From Candidatus Saccharimonadota bacterium (GTDB taxonomy: Bacteria; Patescibacteriota; Saccharimonadia; Saccharimonadales; AQU-01): 64,000 nucleotides of DNA. The stretch lies in assembly GCA_037137935.1 (NCBI GenBank), contig JBAXJI010000001.1, positions 1,771 to 65,770 of the forward strand, in the 5' to 3' direction. A model generated the notes under the pieces. That model searched no databases. It worked only from the letters and a program-made list of their open reading frames with translations, and was not told the origin of the DNA. Below are positions 1 to 11,998 of the stretch, piece by piece. Position numbers and translations under genes: made by a program. Every line of letters starts with the position of its first letter. Positions within the stretch are counted from its first letter, which is position 1.

Positions 1-2066
1 GTTCCGGAAGTCATTCTAATCCAGCGCAGTTCATCTTTGTCGTCTAGATTTATGGCTATCAAGCCGGAGTTACGAACGTTCTTGTATTGCTCAAATGGAG
101 TCTTCTTGACAACGCCTCGGACAGTACACATAAACAAGTAACCGTCTTTGTCGCCCTTACTGACATTGATGATCGAGCTAACACGCTCCTCAGGCTGTAA
201 CTGTAGCAAGTTAACTAGTGCAACACCTTTGGCGTTTAGGCCGACGGCTGGTACTTCGTATGTCTTGAGGCGGAAAACGCGACCACGGTTTGTGAAGAAC
301 AAGATGTAGTCATGAGTAGAGGCGTTAACAACGTGCTCGATAACGTCTTCTTCTCTTGTAGCCATACCTCGTCTGCCCTTGCCGCCGCGACCTTGGCGCT
401 TATATTCGGCTAACGGACTACGCTTTATGTAGTTAGCTGATGTAAGAGTTACAGCAACTTGTTCGTCAGGAATCAGATCTTCATCGCTCAATTTACCTAG
501 CTCACTATCAACAATCTTAGTGCGTCGTTCGTCACCAAACTGCTTCTTCATTTCTATTAATTCAGTCTTGATGATTTTTAGAATTTCTTGCTCGCTAGCC
601 AAAATACCTTCTAGTTTTGCAATAATCTTCAATAATTCGGCTAATTCGTCTTCGATTTTTTGACGCTCAAGGCCAGTTAGCGTGCGTAGCTGCATCGCCA
701 AAATAGCTTTTGCCTGAATCTCTGATAGCTTAAACTTAGCTATTAAACTCGTCTGGGCTTCGTCTGCGCTCTTGCTGGCACGAATCGTCTTAATGACTTC
801 ATCAATGTGATCAAGGGCTATCTTGAGGCCTTCTAGGATGTGAGCGCGCTCCTGCGCTTTGCGAAGTTCGTACTCGGTGCGACGACGTACAACAACTTGC
901 CGGTGCTTTAGGTATTCCTGAAGAATATCTTGCAGGCCAAGCACGCGAGGCTGGATGCCATCAACTAGCGCCAACATATTGTAGTGGAAGCTAGTCTGTA
1001 ATGGAGTCAATTTATAGAGTTGGTTTAGGATCTTCTTCGGGTAGGCGTCCTTCTTGAGGTCGATCACCATACGAACAGCGCCACGAGCGGTTTCGTCGCG
1101 AATATCACTAATGCCAACAATCTTCTTTTCGTGGACTAGATCGGCAATCTTAAGAATCAAACTCTCTTTGTTGAGGGCGTAAGGAATTTCGCTGATTATA
1201 ATCTGATGACGACCTTTGGCGTTCTCTTCGATATTAGCAACACCACGGACGACAACACCACCACGACCGGTAGCAAAAGCAGTTCGAATAGAGTCGCGGC
1301 CATAGACAATACCGCCTGTTGGGAAGTCAGGACCCTTAACGTGCACTAGCAAATCATCTAATGTAGCGTCAGGCTTGTCGATAATAGTGATTATCGCGTC
1401 GACGATTTCGTTCAAGTTGTGAGGCGGAATGTTAGTGGCCATACCTACGGCGATACCAACTTGACCGTTTAGTAGAAGGTTTGGCAATTTAGCTGGCAAG
1501 ACCTCTGGTTCTTGACGAGTACCATCGTAGTTATCGCGGAAAGGTACTGTTTCTTTTTCGATATCGGCAAGCATAGCTTCGGCATGAGATGTCATTTTGG
1601 CTTCAGTATATCGATAGGCAGCCGCTGGGTCGCCGTCCATAGAACCGAAGTTACCCTGACCATTAACTAGCATATAGCGCATAGCCCAAGGCTGAGCCAT
1701 ACGGACCATTGATTCATAAATCGCGCTGTCGCCGTGCGGGTGATATTTACCCATAACTTCACCGACGATCTGAGCGCTCTTAACAGTCTTGCCGCCAGGC
1801 GTAATGCCCATTCGGTTCATGACATACAAAATACGACGATGGACCGGTTTTAGACCGTCACGAACGTCTGGCAAAGCGCGCGCTACGATAACGCTCATAG
1901 AATAACGCAAGTAGCTGTCTTCCATGACATCTTCAACCTTGCGGCGTTCAACAACTCTTGAGTGACTGGTGTCTAATACATCGTCGTCTTCGTAACGACC
2001 AGACTCTACGACTTCTACATCGTTAGCTTCAATTGGTACTAATTCGTCTTTAATTTCATCATCCAT
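1..2066 (-). CDS. gyrA: DNA gyrase subunit A (3' end outside window)
   Basis: Manual translation of minus strand: MDDEIKDELV...YLRYSMSVIVARALPDVRDGLKPVHRRILY...GKYHPHGDSAIY...PAAAYRYTEAK. Lies downstream of gyrB. Alternative in-frame ATG at 2081. Confidence 0.97.
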   Translation of the reverse strand, partial: MDDEIKDELVPIEANDVEVVESGRYEDDDVLDTSHSRVVERRKVEDVMEDSYLRYSMSVIVARALPDVRDGLKPVHRRILYVMNRMGITPGGKTVKSAQIVGEVMGKYHPHGDSAIYESMVRMAQPWAMRYMLVNGQGNFGSMDGDPAAAYRYTEAKMTSHAEAMLADIEKETVPFRDNYDGTRQEPEVLPAKLPNLLLNGQVGIAVGMATNIPPHNLNEIVDAIITIIDKPDATLDDLLVHVKGPDFPTGGIVYGRDSIRTAFATGRGGVVVRGVANIEENAKGRHQIIISEIPYALNKESLILKIADLVHEKKIVGISDIRDETARGAVRMVIDLKKDAYPKKILNQLYKLTPLQTSFHYNMLALVDGIQPRVLGLQDILQEYLKHRQVVVRRRTEYELRKAQERAHILEGLKIALDHIDEVIKTIRASKSADEAQTSLIAKFKLSEIQAKAILAMQLRTLTGLERQKIEDELAELLKIIAKLEGILASEQEILKIIKTELIEMKKQFGDERRTKIVDSELGKLSDEDLIPDEQVAVTLTSANYIKRSPLAEYKRQGRGGKGRRGMATREEDVIEHVVNASTHDYILFFTNRGRVFRLKTYEVPAVGLNAKGVALVNLLQLQPEERVSSIINVSKGDKDGYLFMCTVRGVVKKTPFEQYKNVRNSGLIAINLDDKDELRWIRMTSG

Positions 2067-2070
2067 ATCG

Positions 2071-2197
2071 TTATTTACCATTTACCATTCTACATTTATC
2101 ATTTATTTCGCATTTACCATTTAGCTCCAAAAGACCAGCCGTCTGATCAATGTTCAATGACAAATAAATGCCAAATGCCAAATGTTCAATGCTAAAT
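2071..2197. repeat. Degenerate heptamer tandem repeats (CATTTAC-type, then CAAATGC/CAATGTT-type), mutually complementary
   Basis: tttaccatttaccattctacatttatcattt... followed by caatgttcaatgacaaataaatgccaaatgccaaatgttcaatg in the gyrB-gyrA spacer. Confidence 0.6.
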
Positions 2198-2204
2198 TGG
2201 CGGC

Positions 2205-4208
<2,004 letters not shown>

Positions 4209-4413
4209 TTAATTTCCAAGATATTTAGATACGCCCACTGCTTGCATCGATTATAGATTATCCGGACTGGTATGGCAACTATTTACAGAGTAAGAAAAAC
4301 AATGCTTCTTTAATAGCCTCCTGATATTACATATTAGCTGAATCTTATTGTGACTAATGGCAGCTTATGCTTAAATACTTACAGAATAACTCCTGTTTAG
4401 TGAGAGTAAAATA

Positions 4414-5868
4414 ATGTTCAAGAAGTTGCTATCTAATTTACCTTATAGTCCAGGCCTTATTGATGAGGTCGCTTTTTATGCCAAGCGTCTTCGTAGGGAG
4501 ACTATTGTGCGTCGAACCGGATTTATCTTGATCATCCTTACCGTGTTTATACAGATGTTCGCCTTAATTAGCCCTCCACAAGCATCATTAGCGCAGTCCA
4601 ATAATGACTTGATTAACGGAGGCGTAAGATCGGCTGAAGATGCTATCAACAACTGTCGCTCTAGTAGCTCTGACTACGCTGATATACTGGCGAACTTTAA
4701 TATTGATTGTGCTGACTTGGCGAATGCCAAAGATGTTAAGCTCGACTCCAAAGACTTTCACGGCGAACTCTATACCACCGGCCGCCTAGCTTACGGTAAA
4801 GCCGGCGAAACTCCGCTAAATATTAAGGCAAAGACTTACTGGTTGCGCAAATTATCTGATTACGACAACGGCTCAACCAAACACGATGCCCTTCTCGTCA
4901 CCAACAAAGACGGTCAGAAGTTTTATATAGTTAAAGATTGTGGTGGTGGCCTGACATTCGTCGGCATTCCACCCACTCCAAAAGCAAAATGCGAATGGTC
5001 TGCGTCTCTGTTATCTACCGACCCTAAATGCTCCGAGCCCTGCCCTATTGCCAGCAAAAAAAACATAGCCAAGACTAGTTCTGAATGTTACGAGGCTTGT
5101 CCGGTCAAAGGTAAATCTAATATAAAGTCCAATAATGTCGCTTGTTTCGAGCCCTGCCCTTATAGAAGCAAAGAGGCTTACGCCAAAAACTCCAGCAGCT
5201 GTTTCGAGCCTTGCACATACAACAGCTCACTCACAGCCACTAGTAGCGACTGTAAGCCATGTAAGAGCTCTCAGACGCGTGAAGATAAAACATCCTGCCT
5301 GAGACTCGGCAAGACGGTCAAAAACGACACCAGCAAGCTAAATAACGCCAACGGATCTACCGCTAAGCCTAATGACGTGCTCACCTACACTTTATCCGTC
5401 ACCAACGACGGTGACTCGTCCATCAAAAACTTCGTTGTCCAAGAAAATATAAGCGACATACTCGACTACTCCGACATCTCACAGACTAGCGGCGGAATAA
5501 TCAATAAAAATATTATTAGTTGGCCAGCCGAGGATATTGGTGGTGGCAAAACCTTGGTCAAGAATTTTAGCGTCAAGATAAAGAACGCACTTCCTGCAAC
5601 GCCTGTTTCGGCTAGTGATCCAAATCATTATGATTTAAAGATGACAAACGTGTATGGAACTTCTGTGACCGTAAAACTACCTCCCTCAGTCATCAAAAAT
5701 ATCGAAATAACGACCAAAATACTACCCAACACTGGCGTCAAAGGCAGCTTAGCTATTTGCTTCGTATTACTGGTCTTGGCCGGCTACTTCTTCGCTCGAT
5801 CACGCTTAATGTTGAGAGAACTAGCAATAATTAAAGCCGACCATCATGACGGCGGGGAGTCTTACTGA
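4414..5868 (+). CDS. Cell-surface protein with Cys-rich repeats, DUF11-like Ig domain and LPxTG-like anchor
   Basis: N-terminal TM; about four C-x-E-P-C-P-type repeats; AKPNDVLTYTLSVTNDG (DUF11-like); LPNTG followed by hydrophobic helix and basic tail. Confidence 0.7.
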   Translation: MFKKLLSNLPYSPGLIDEVAFYAKRLRRETIVRRTGFILIILTVFIQMFALISPPQASLAQSNNDLINGGVRSAEDAINNCRSSSSDYADILANFNIDCADLANAKDVKLDSKDFHGELYTTGRLAYGKAGETPLNIKAKTYWLRKLSDYDNGSTKHDALLVTNKDGQKFYIVKDCGGGLTFVGIPPTPKAKCEWSASLLSTDPKCSEPCPIASKKNIAKTSSECYEACPVKGKSNIKSNNVACFEPCPYRSKEAYAKNSSSCFEPCTYNSSLTATSSDCKPCKSSQTREDKTSCLRLGKTVKNDTSKLNNANGSTAKPNDVLTYTLSVTNDGDSSIKNFVVQENISDILDYSDISQTSGGIINKNIISWPAEDIGGGKTLVKNFSVKIKNALPATPVSASDPNHYDLKMTNVYGTSVTVKLPPSVIKNIEITTKILPNTGVKGSLAICFVLLVLAGYFFARSRLMLRELAIIKADHHDGGESY

Positions 5869-6424
5869 TATGGGCGAACAGCACCCTGGAAAAATTAGCG
5901 AAAAGCCTACTGGCAAAGACGATTATTTAGATTTACTCAAACCAAGTGTCGCCGAGACAACAGATACCGACTATGAAGCCGCTAGATTAAGCTCTCTAGA
6001 GCAATCTCGTCAATTAGTAGAACAAAGCGCTACCAGTTCTGAATTAATGAACAAGGCCGAAAAGACCCCAGAAATAGTACCCGAGATTCAAGTCACAACT
6101 AGCCTTAAAAAAGACGGTTTTGACAGAGTAATTATTCGCACAAGAAAGCAATTACCACTTACCGGACGAATACTAAGCAAGGTTATCCATCAGCCAATAA
6201 TCGACTTCATAAGTGATGCTGGCGAGAATACCATTGCCCGACCGTCAGGATTACTAGGCGGAGGCATAGTCTCCCTACTAGGTAGCGGCGTAATACTCTA
6301 CACTGCAAAGAACTACGGTTTTCGCTATAATTTATTAGCTTTTTTCCTATTGTTTTTGGCAGGATTCATCATCGGCCTAATCATAGAGAAGCTATTGCAC
6401 TATGCTCTTAAACTCCGAAAATAA
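5846..6424 (+). CDS. Hypothetical membrane protein
   Basis: 192 aa ORF with two C-terminal TM helices, overlapping the upstream stop. Confidence 0.75.
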   Translation: MTAGSLTDMGEQHPGKISEKPTGKDDYLDLLKPSVAETTDTDYEAARLSSLEQSRQLVEQSATSSELMNKAEKTPEIVPEIQVTTSLKKDGFDRVIIRTRKQLPLTGRILSKVIHQPIIDFISDAGENTIARPSGLLGGGIVSLLGSGVILYTAKNYGFRYNLLAFFLLFLAGFIIGLIIEKLLHYALKLRK

Positions 6425-6430
6425 TATCTA

Positions 6431-9400
6431 CTAGTTGTTTCGATCGATATTGATGACATGCTCTGTGTGCGTTGATGCAGGAGTAGTTTTGCCTAGATGA
6501 AGTTCGCCGTTATGGACTGGCTCTGGACTAACTTGGGCTGGAACAGGTTGAGCGGCGTTATGGTTTAGGCTCTCTCGCAATTCGGCGGCAACACCTGCTA
6601 TCTCCTTATCCTCAAGCTGAGAACTGGAGATATTAGTTGTTGTGGTGGCTGGGTGCGTAGTTTCTGTAAAAGGAAGCCTATGGGCGCTGTCACGGGTCAA
6701 AGACTCGCTATCATCTTGATCAGTAGCTATGAATTTGGAATCATGGCGATCAATTTGAGGTGAAATAGTCGCAGTGTCTGGGGTGGCGGCTGGAATATTA
6801 TTGGCTGCAACGACTGGACTATTGCTGGCCACAGGCGCTACCGGTAATGGTGTTGGTGCTATCGGCGGTTGAGGCTGACTGGCCTGTGGCGCAACAGATG
6901 GCTTGGCAGGCTGCCCAGCGCCTGCAGGAGTGACTGTTTGACGCTTAGTTAACCAATCATCCAAAAACGACGGTGCAGGAGCTCCAGGCGCTCTTGGAGG
7001 CGCGGTAGGGGCTGGACTAGCTGGCCTTTGACCACCAACTGAAGCAGCGGGCGTTGGAGCCTCTACGGTTTTAAGTCTGGCAAATATTTCTTTCTCTATC
7101 TGATCCTTAGCTCGCCCAAATTTTGCTGCCGACAATTGTTTAAGCGCCTTACCTAGTTCTAAATTAGCTGACCCTAGTGGAGGCAAAGTAGCCATGCTGA
7201 AGGATTGCGTCGGAATACCGCCAATCAACATCTGTGTAATAGTGTTAAAGTTTGGAATACGCAACACATCCTCGCGTTCAAAAATTGGCGAAAACTTCTT
7301 GCTCAAACTGTCAGCATCAGCATCCGACCCGACACGGAAAGACACAGTCGTACCAACGTTACCAAATACGGCATCACGAATCTCATCTGTTAACTGAGTA
7401 GTGAATTGGTTGGCAACGATCAAGTTAAGGCGATACTTTCTGGCCTCTGACATGATTGTGGCAAAAGAATCTGTGGCAAAGTTCTGGAACTCATCAACAT
7501 ATAGACAAAAATCTTGTCGATCGTCCTCATAAATATCGGCTCGGCTCATGGCGGCAGCTTGGAACTTCATAACAAAAATCATACCCAACAGTTTTGAGTT
7601 CAACTCTCCTGTACGCCCCTTAGACAAGTTAACGAATAGGATCTTTTTATTATCCATAATGTCTCTAAGGTTGAATGAGCTCTTCTGCTGACCGATGATA
7701 TTACGCATCATCTCGTTAGACAAAAACGCACCGAACTTACTCACAACCCAGCTTGTGACCTCACCTGCCTCGTTTGACTTCTGTGAGTTCGGCCACTCTT
7801 TGGTCCAGAAATCTAACACGTTACGATCGGTCACGTACTGCAACTTAGCTTTCATAAACTCTGAATCAATCAGTAGTTTTGGAATATCGACGAAGGTTCC
7901 ACCCTTAGGATCAGCCATTAGAAGTAAGGCGCTATTGGTGAATATACGCTCAAACCTAGGCCCAATTATTCCCTGCTTTTGTGGGTCATACAATTTATAA
8001 AGCATGTTGATGGATTCTTGAATCAAAAAGTCCTTCTGCTCAGGAGCGTAGAACTCAAACAGGTTTAGACCCATTGGGAAATCCATGTCGGATGGGTTGA
8101 AGTAGACAATATCCTCGGTGCGTTCCTTCGGAACCATAGACATAAGGTTGTCTACTGTGTCACCGTGAGGATCAACAAAAGCGAACCCCCTACCCGCTAG
8201 CATGTCCTGAAGTGCCAAATTTTCTAGAAACACCGACTTTCCTGTACCCGTCTGTCCAACTACATACATGTGGCGACGGCGGTCCTCTAGACTCAACCGT
8301 ATAGGCTTTTTGACGCCACGAAACACATTGTAGCCAAGCATCAGGCCGTTTTCGGGCATATTGCGTGGACCATCAACCTGCTTAGAGGCTTGACGAGCAA
8401 GCTGTGTAGTAGGTATATTCTTGTGATCTGGGAAGTGAAATAGCGTAGCTAATTCAACAGAGTTTAGAATATTCTTATTATTCTCTTGCGGGAAAAATCT
8501 CATAATAAATGCTGTGGCAAAACTTTCTATATCTGCAGCGTCAGTGTATTTGAAACCGTTTTTGCCAGGCGCATCAAATAAAGAAAACGCAGCCACCATA
8601 CTGCTCTTAATAGCTTGTGCCTTTTGCGGATTATTAGAAGATGCAATGACACGAATCAAGACTTCAAATCCAGGGTGCCTTGTCTTGTCATCTATGGCGT
8701 CAACTATCTGCTGATCAAGAGCTGACAACTGTTTTGTCTGAGACTTTTCACTAGTACCACCGACATGCTCGGGAGGTCGCCAAAGTGCTGCTGGAACTTG
8801 GCGCCACCAACCAATCGTAGAACTGTTAAATTTAGTTTTACTGCTCTCGCCACCGCGCTTCTCAGAAGAAACAGATTGCGACTGCTTGCGCCAATCGTCA
8901 TGCGCTGGCCTCATCAATAGCTGGATTCCCGCTCCGTCGTCCTTATCTAATGTAGACAACGAGTTCAAAATCGACTGCATGGCGTCGCGCTTTAGCTCTT
9001 GATAAGTAGCAATTGGATAAGCAAAATTCTCTTTTAATGTAAGCTCACCGCCAGCAGTCCCACTAATCTTACCGATTGGACTAAATATATTGTGTTCAGC
9101 AACTTCTTCTAGCTGAGCGGTCGGGTAAGCACTGTTTACAGCCTGCTTCACGACCTCAACTAACGCTATCGGCACAGCGGCGTAAAAGCTAACAATTCCC
9201 TTGCTCGCTATGATTTCAAAGCCAAAATGACGCTGTCCGTAAAACTTATTCTTGAACGAGGCCTTCTGGATTGTGCTAGCAATAATGCCATAAAGAACCT
9301 GAGATTTAGATATATTCTCGTCAATCAAATCGCGCACATCGCGGCCGTTTTCGTGATTATCTTCACTAAGTGGCGGCAAGTGTATAAGCATCGGGACGAC

Positions 9401-9532
9401 CTTTAGCCCTCTCTCGAAGTTCTTCTGCTCACGAAATACTTTTTTGGAATGAGAATACCAAATAGCCCCAATGGCTGGAATAATCACAAAAACTACAACC
9501 AATATCACTAGAATTATAGACATAGCTGGCAA
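6431..9532 (-). CDS. VirD4/TraD-like type IV coupling ATPase (HerA/FtsK superfamily) with Pro-rich tail
   Basis: HMYVVGQTGTGKS Walker A, FVDPHGD, LYVDEFQNF Walker B, SEARKYRLNLIVANQ. Confidence 0.85.
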   Translation of the reverse strand: MPAMSIILVILVVVFVIIPAIGAIWYSHSKKVFREQKNFERGLKVVPMLIHLPPLSEDNHENGRDVRDLIDENISKSQVLYGIIASTIQKASFKNKFYGQRHFGFEIIASKGIVSFYAAVPIALVEVVKQAVNSAYPTAQLEEVAEHNIFSPIGKISGTAGGELTLKENFAYPIATYQELKRDAMQSILNSLSTLDKDDGAGIQLLMRPAHDDWRKQSQSVSSEKRGGESSKTKFNSSTIGWWRQVPAALWRPPEHVGGTSEKSQTKQLSALDQQIVDAIDDKTRHPGFEVLIRVIASSNNPQKAQAIKSSMVAAFSLFDAPGKNGFKYTDAADIESFATAFIMRFFPQENNKNILNSVELATLFHFPDHKNIPTTQLARQASKQVDGPRNMPENGLMLGYNVFRGVKKPIRLSLEDRRRHMYVVGQTGTGKSVFLENLALQDMLAGRGFAFVDPHGDTVDNLMSMVPKERTEDIVYFNPSDMDFPMGLNLFEFYAPEQKDFLIQESINMLYKLYDPQKQGIIGPRFERIFTNSALLLMADPKGGTFVDIPKLLIDSEFMKAKLQYVTDRNVLDFWTKEWPNSQKSNEAGEVTSWVVSKFGAFLSNEMMRNIIGQQKSSFNLRDIMDNKKILFVNLSKGRTGELNSKLLGMIFVMKFQAAAMSRADIYEDDRQDFCLYVDEFQNFATDSFATIMSEARKYRLNLIVANQFTTQLTDEIRDAVFGNVGTTVSFRVGSDADADSLSKKFSPIFEREDVLRIPNFNTITQMLIGGIPTQSFSMATLPPLGSANLELGKALKQLSAAKFGRAKDQIEKEIFARLKTVEAPTPAASVGGQRPASPAPTAPPRAPGAPAPSFLDDWLTKRQTVTPAGAGQPAKPSVAPQASQPQPPIAPTPLPVAPVASNSPVVAANNIPAATPDTATISPQIDRHDSKFIATDQDDSESLTRDSAHRLPFTETTHPATTTTNISSSQLEDKEIAGVAAELRESLNHNAAQPVPAQVSPEPVHNGELHLGKTTPASTHTEHVINIDRNN

Positions 9533-9538
9533 CTTTTC

Positions 9539-10006
9539 TTAAGATTCATCGACTTTAATCTCACGCTTATATCGCTTACCGATGTAATCTGCCTTGAATT
9601 TGTTTATCTCTTTATTCTGCAGGTAAGGATCATCATGAGTCCGCTCGACAATTGCCTTTGCTTTATGCACCCACTCTTGTTCTATCAAGTCGTTATCGTC
9701 TGCCACCGCTGGACTGTCTGGATGATAGGAAGATCCAGGGACTTTTGTCGCTAAATCGTTGGTATTCTTTGTGGAATTCGTCTGAATCTCGTCGTTAACC
9801 TTATCAACAAGATCGTTTGCCTCTTGAGTCTTATTAGGCTCAACCCCTGCCTCAACAACAGTTTCCGGAGTTTGGTGTATAGCGGAAGCCGCCTGTGCCT
9901 TTATAGCCATAACCTCTGGTAGGTTAGTTAGCGAGTCCTCATCCGCCTGATTAGGGTCTTGTGTCGGGTCCATATGGCTTAAATTATAGCAGAAGCATGT
10001 CGTCAA
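9539..10006 (-). CDS. Hypothetical protein (likely start ATG 9973)
   Basis: Acidic ORF co-oriented with the ATPase; TATAAT about 7 nt before the internal ATG. Confidence 0.75.
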   Translation of the reverse strand: MTTCFCYNLSHMDPTQDPNQADEDSLTNLPEVMAIKAQAASAIHQTPETVVEAGVEPNKTQEANDLVDKVNDEIQTNSTKNTNDLATKVPGSSYHPDSPAVADDNDLIEQEWVHKAKAIVERTHDDPYLQNKEINKFKADYIGKRYKREIKVDES

Positions 10007-10050
10007 ACCGACATAAATAGGCTAATTTTGTATATATGTAGACAAAAGCA

Positions 10051-10404
10051 CTAGCTTAAACGCAAATCAAGCTTAGAAACATAGAAATATCCAACAAGTC
10101 CAAAAACAAAAACAAGCATGACATCCCTCAAGGTTAACTGGCTAATTGAGTCCAGCAACAACACTAAAGTAGGTAATCCAGCGCAAAATACAGACAAAAT
10201 AATAGTTCTCGGTGATTTATCCCGATGCATTATTTCTGTAAACAATTTAATAAAAGACCAAAGCAAGGTTATGAATATCCATAAAAATGGAAGTATTAAC
10301 CATCCGATGGCAAGTTTGGACGGATCAGTACTAAACATAAACAAAACAATGCCGCCGTAAAGCAGCACTGGTATTGTTAACTTTTTGACTATTCTTCGTT
10401 TCAA
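10051..10404 (-). CDS. Hypothetical 4-TM membrane protein
   Basis: Four hydrophobic segments; AAGGGGAGG upstream of a TTG start. Confidence 0.7.
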   Translation of the reverse strand: MKRRIVKKLTIPVLLYGGIVLFMFSTDPSKLAIGWLILPFLWIFITLLWSFIKLFTEIMHRDKSPRTIILSVFCAGLPTLVLLLDSISQLTLRDVMLVFVFGLVGYFYVSKLDLRLS

Positions 10405-10678
10405 CTCTTAACCCTCCCCTTTTCTACTGTTCTTGTATGTTCCGCTGTGCCTCCCGATAAGGCAAATGTATTGCTGCAGTCCTCACAAACTATCAAAATT
10501 GTCGACGAACAAAATAACTACCCCGAAAAACTCTGGCCTTAAAATCGTCTATTTGTGATCGTGTGTTCGTTGATAAAATCTTGATGTTTTGATTTATGTG
10601 TAGACATATTTTTCTCGCTTTTTTGTTTTACTTTTTGCGGACAATTCATACTACGAGATGCGTTATAAAATCTTGGAA

Positions 10679-10824
10679 GCCGGACGGTAAATCCGCCCAA
10701 TATAAAATGTATGGCAGTTACCGTCCTTTGGCTTTTTTGACTGACCGCTCTTTATGCTTTTCAGCACTCGGAGCGAGGTGTAACTGGAGCAGTTACTTTT
10801 GGTAATATTCTCGTAAATTACCTC
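10679..10824 (-). ncRNA. Candidate structured RNA or leader
   Basis: TTGACA-17-TACTGT promoter (10857-10829); nested stems GAGGT/ACCTC, GGTAAT/ATTACC, GTAACTG/CAGTTAC, GCTC..TGCT-GAAA-AGCA..GAGC and GGACGGTAA/TTACCGTCC. Confidence 0.5.
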
Positions 10825-11703
10825 ACCTACAGTACTAAATTATTACGCTTATGTCAATACGATTATAATGTAATTATAACAACTATACAGTGTGGGAAGA
10901 TGTTCTGAATAAATGAAATATAGGCAATTTAATGTTATCAATATGACAACGATAATTCTCAAAATAAATGCACATAATACGAACATAGCCTGAACACAGA
11001 CCCAAGCGTTAAGAGTTACTGCAGCTTGGATTCAGGCGCCGTGAAAATGGATTTAAGACGCATAATTTGGTGATTAATGCCTGGTATTGGGCCCTAAAAA
11101 TGAAAAATTTATCTAATATTTATCGCTCCCATGGGCTTGAATTTACGTATTTTTAGACTTGATGAATAGCCATTTAATCCAGTGAATAATTGGCCAAAAC
11201 TGGACCATTCTGGCTGCTAATTTTGCCTTTAGATTCTGCATAAATAAACCTCATGTGATGTATGGCGCAGCCGTAAATGTTTACTAGCTAAGGCTGGATA
11301 TCTACATAGATCATTCGTATCAATAATCTTAGGCAATGCACTCATAATATGCTCATAAGCGATTAACTAGGTCATTATTGACGCTAAAACGCGGTATAGG
11401 GGCTTAAAATCGCTCTAACAGATACTGGAGCATCTGCTTAGGATCTATTGACCAGCAGATGATCTAATCCCCCACCCGCCAACCATACCGTCTATTAATA
11501 ATTTGCGACCTGTTTAGCCATTTCAGCAACAATAATAATTTAAAATTGCTAAAAATCATTAAAAACGGCTTTTTTAGGTGAATTTATCGACTGTTACTAA
11601 TATTTCGCCAAAACCTAATGATTGTGACTATATTTTTAGCCAATTCTCACCCCTGTTAATATAGTTATGCACAGCTTTATTTACTATTTTAACCACAAAC
11701 ATG

Positions 11704-11732
11704 TTGACAGCTAAAAAGACAATGTATAGGAT
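11704..11732 (+). promoter_or_regulatory. Sigma70-type promoter
   Basis: TTGACA-17 nt-TAGGAT. Confidence 0.65.
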
Positions 11733-11738
11733 ATAAAT

Positions 11739-11900
11739 AGCACTGAATAAAAAAGGTGCTCAAAAACAAAAACGTCTTCAGTAACAACGGCTTATCGCAA
11801 GCCGTTGTTCCATAAAAACAATTAGTTCTAATAACAAAATCAAACACACACCAAAACTCATCACCCAAGAAAACCCCGCCACAAATAGGCGGGTTTTTCT
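11739..11900 (+). ncRNA. Candidate ~160 nt small RNA
   Basis: Bounded by a promoter and an intrinsic terminator; 11-bp hairpin AACAACGGCTT/AAGCCGTTGTT; long A/C-rich unpaired tract; no convincing ORF. Confidence 0.5.
11871..11900 (+). terminator. Rho-independent terminator
   Basis: cccgcc-acaaata-ggcggg followed by tttttct. Confidence 0.75.
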
Positions 11901-11998
11901 TTGTAGAGATCAACACCCCGCCGATAACTTTGTAATCTTTTATTCATAATTTTTTAGCCCACACTGCCCTACACTATTCAATTAGAAATGAGGCCAAC

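Noticed and set aside
6431-9532. Conjugative element
   Set aside because: Only a coupling-protein-like ATPase is present, with no relaxase or VirB genes in the window; it appears to be a chromosomal gene.
10860-11700. Confident oriC call
   Set aside because: Only two mismatched DnaA-box-like sites, no perfect TTATCCACA cluster and no dnaA nearby; skew cannot be judged from this window.
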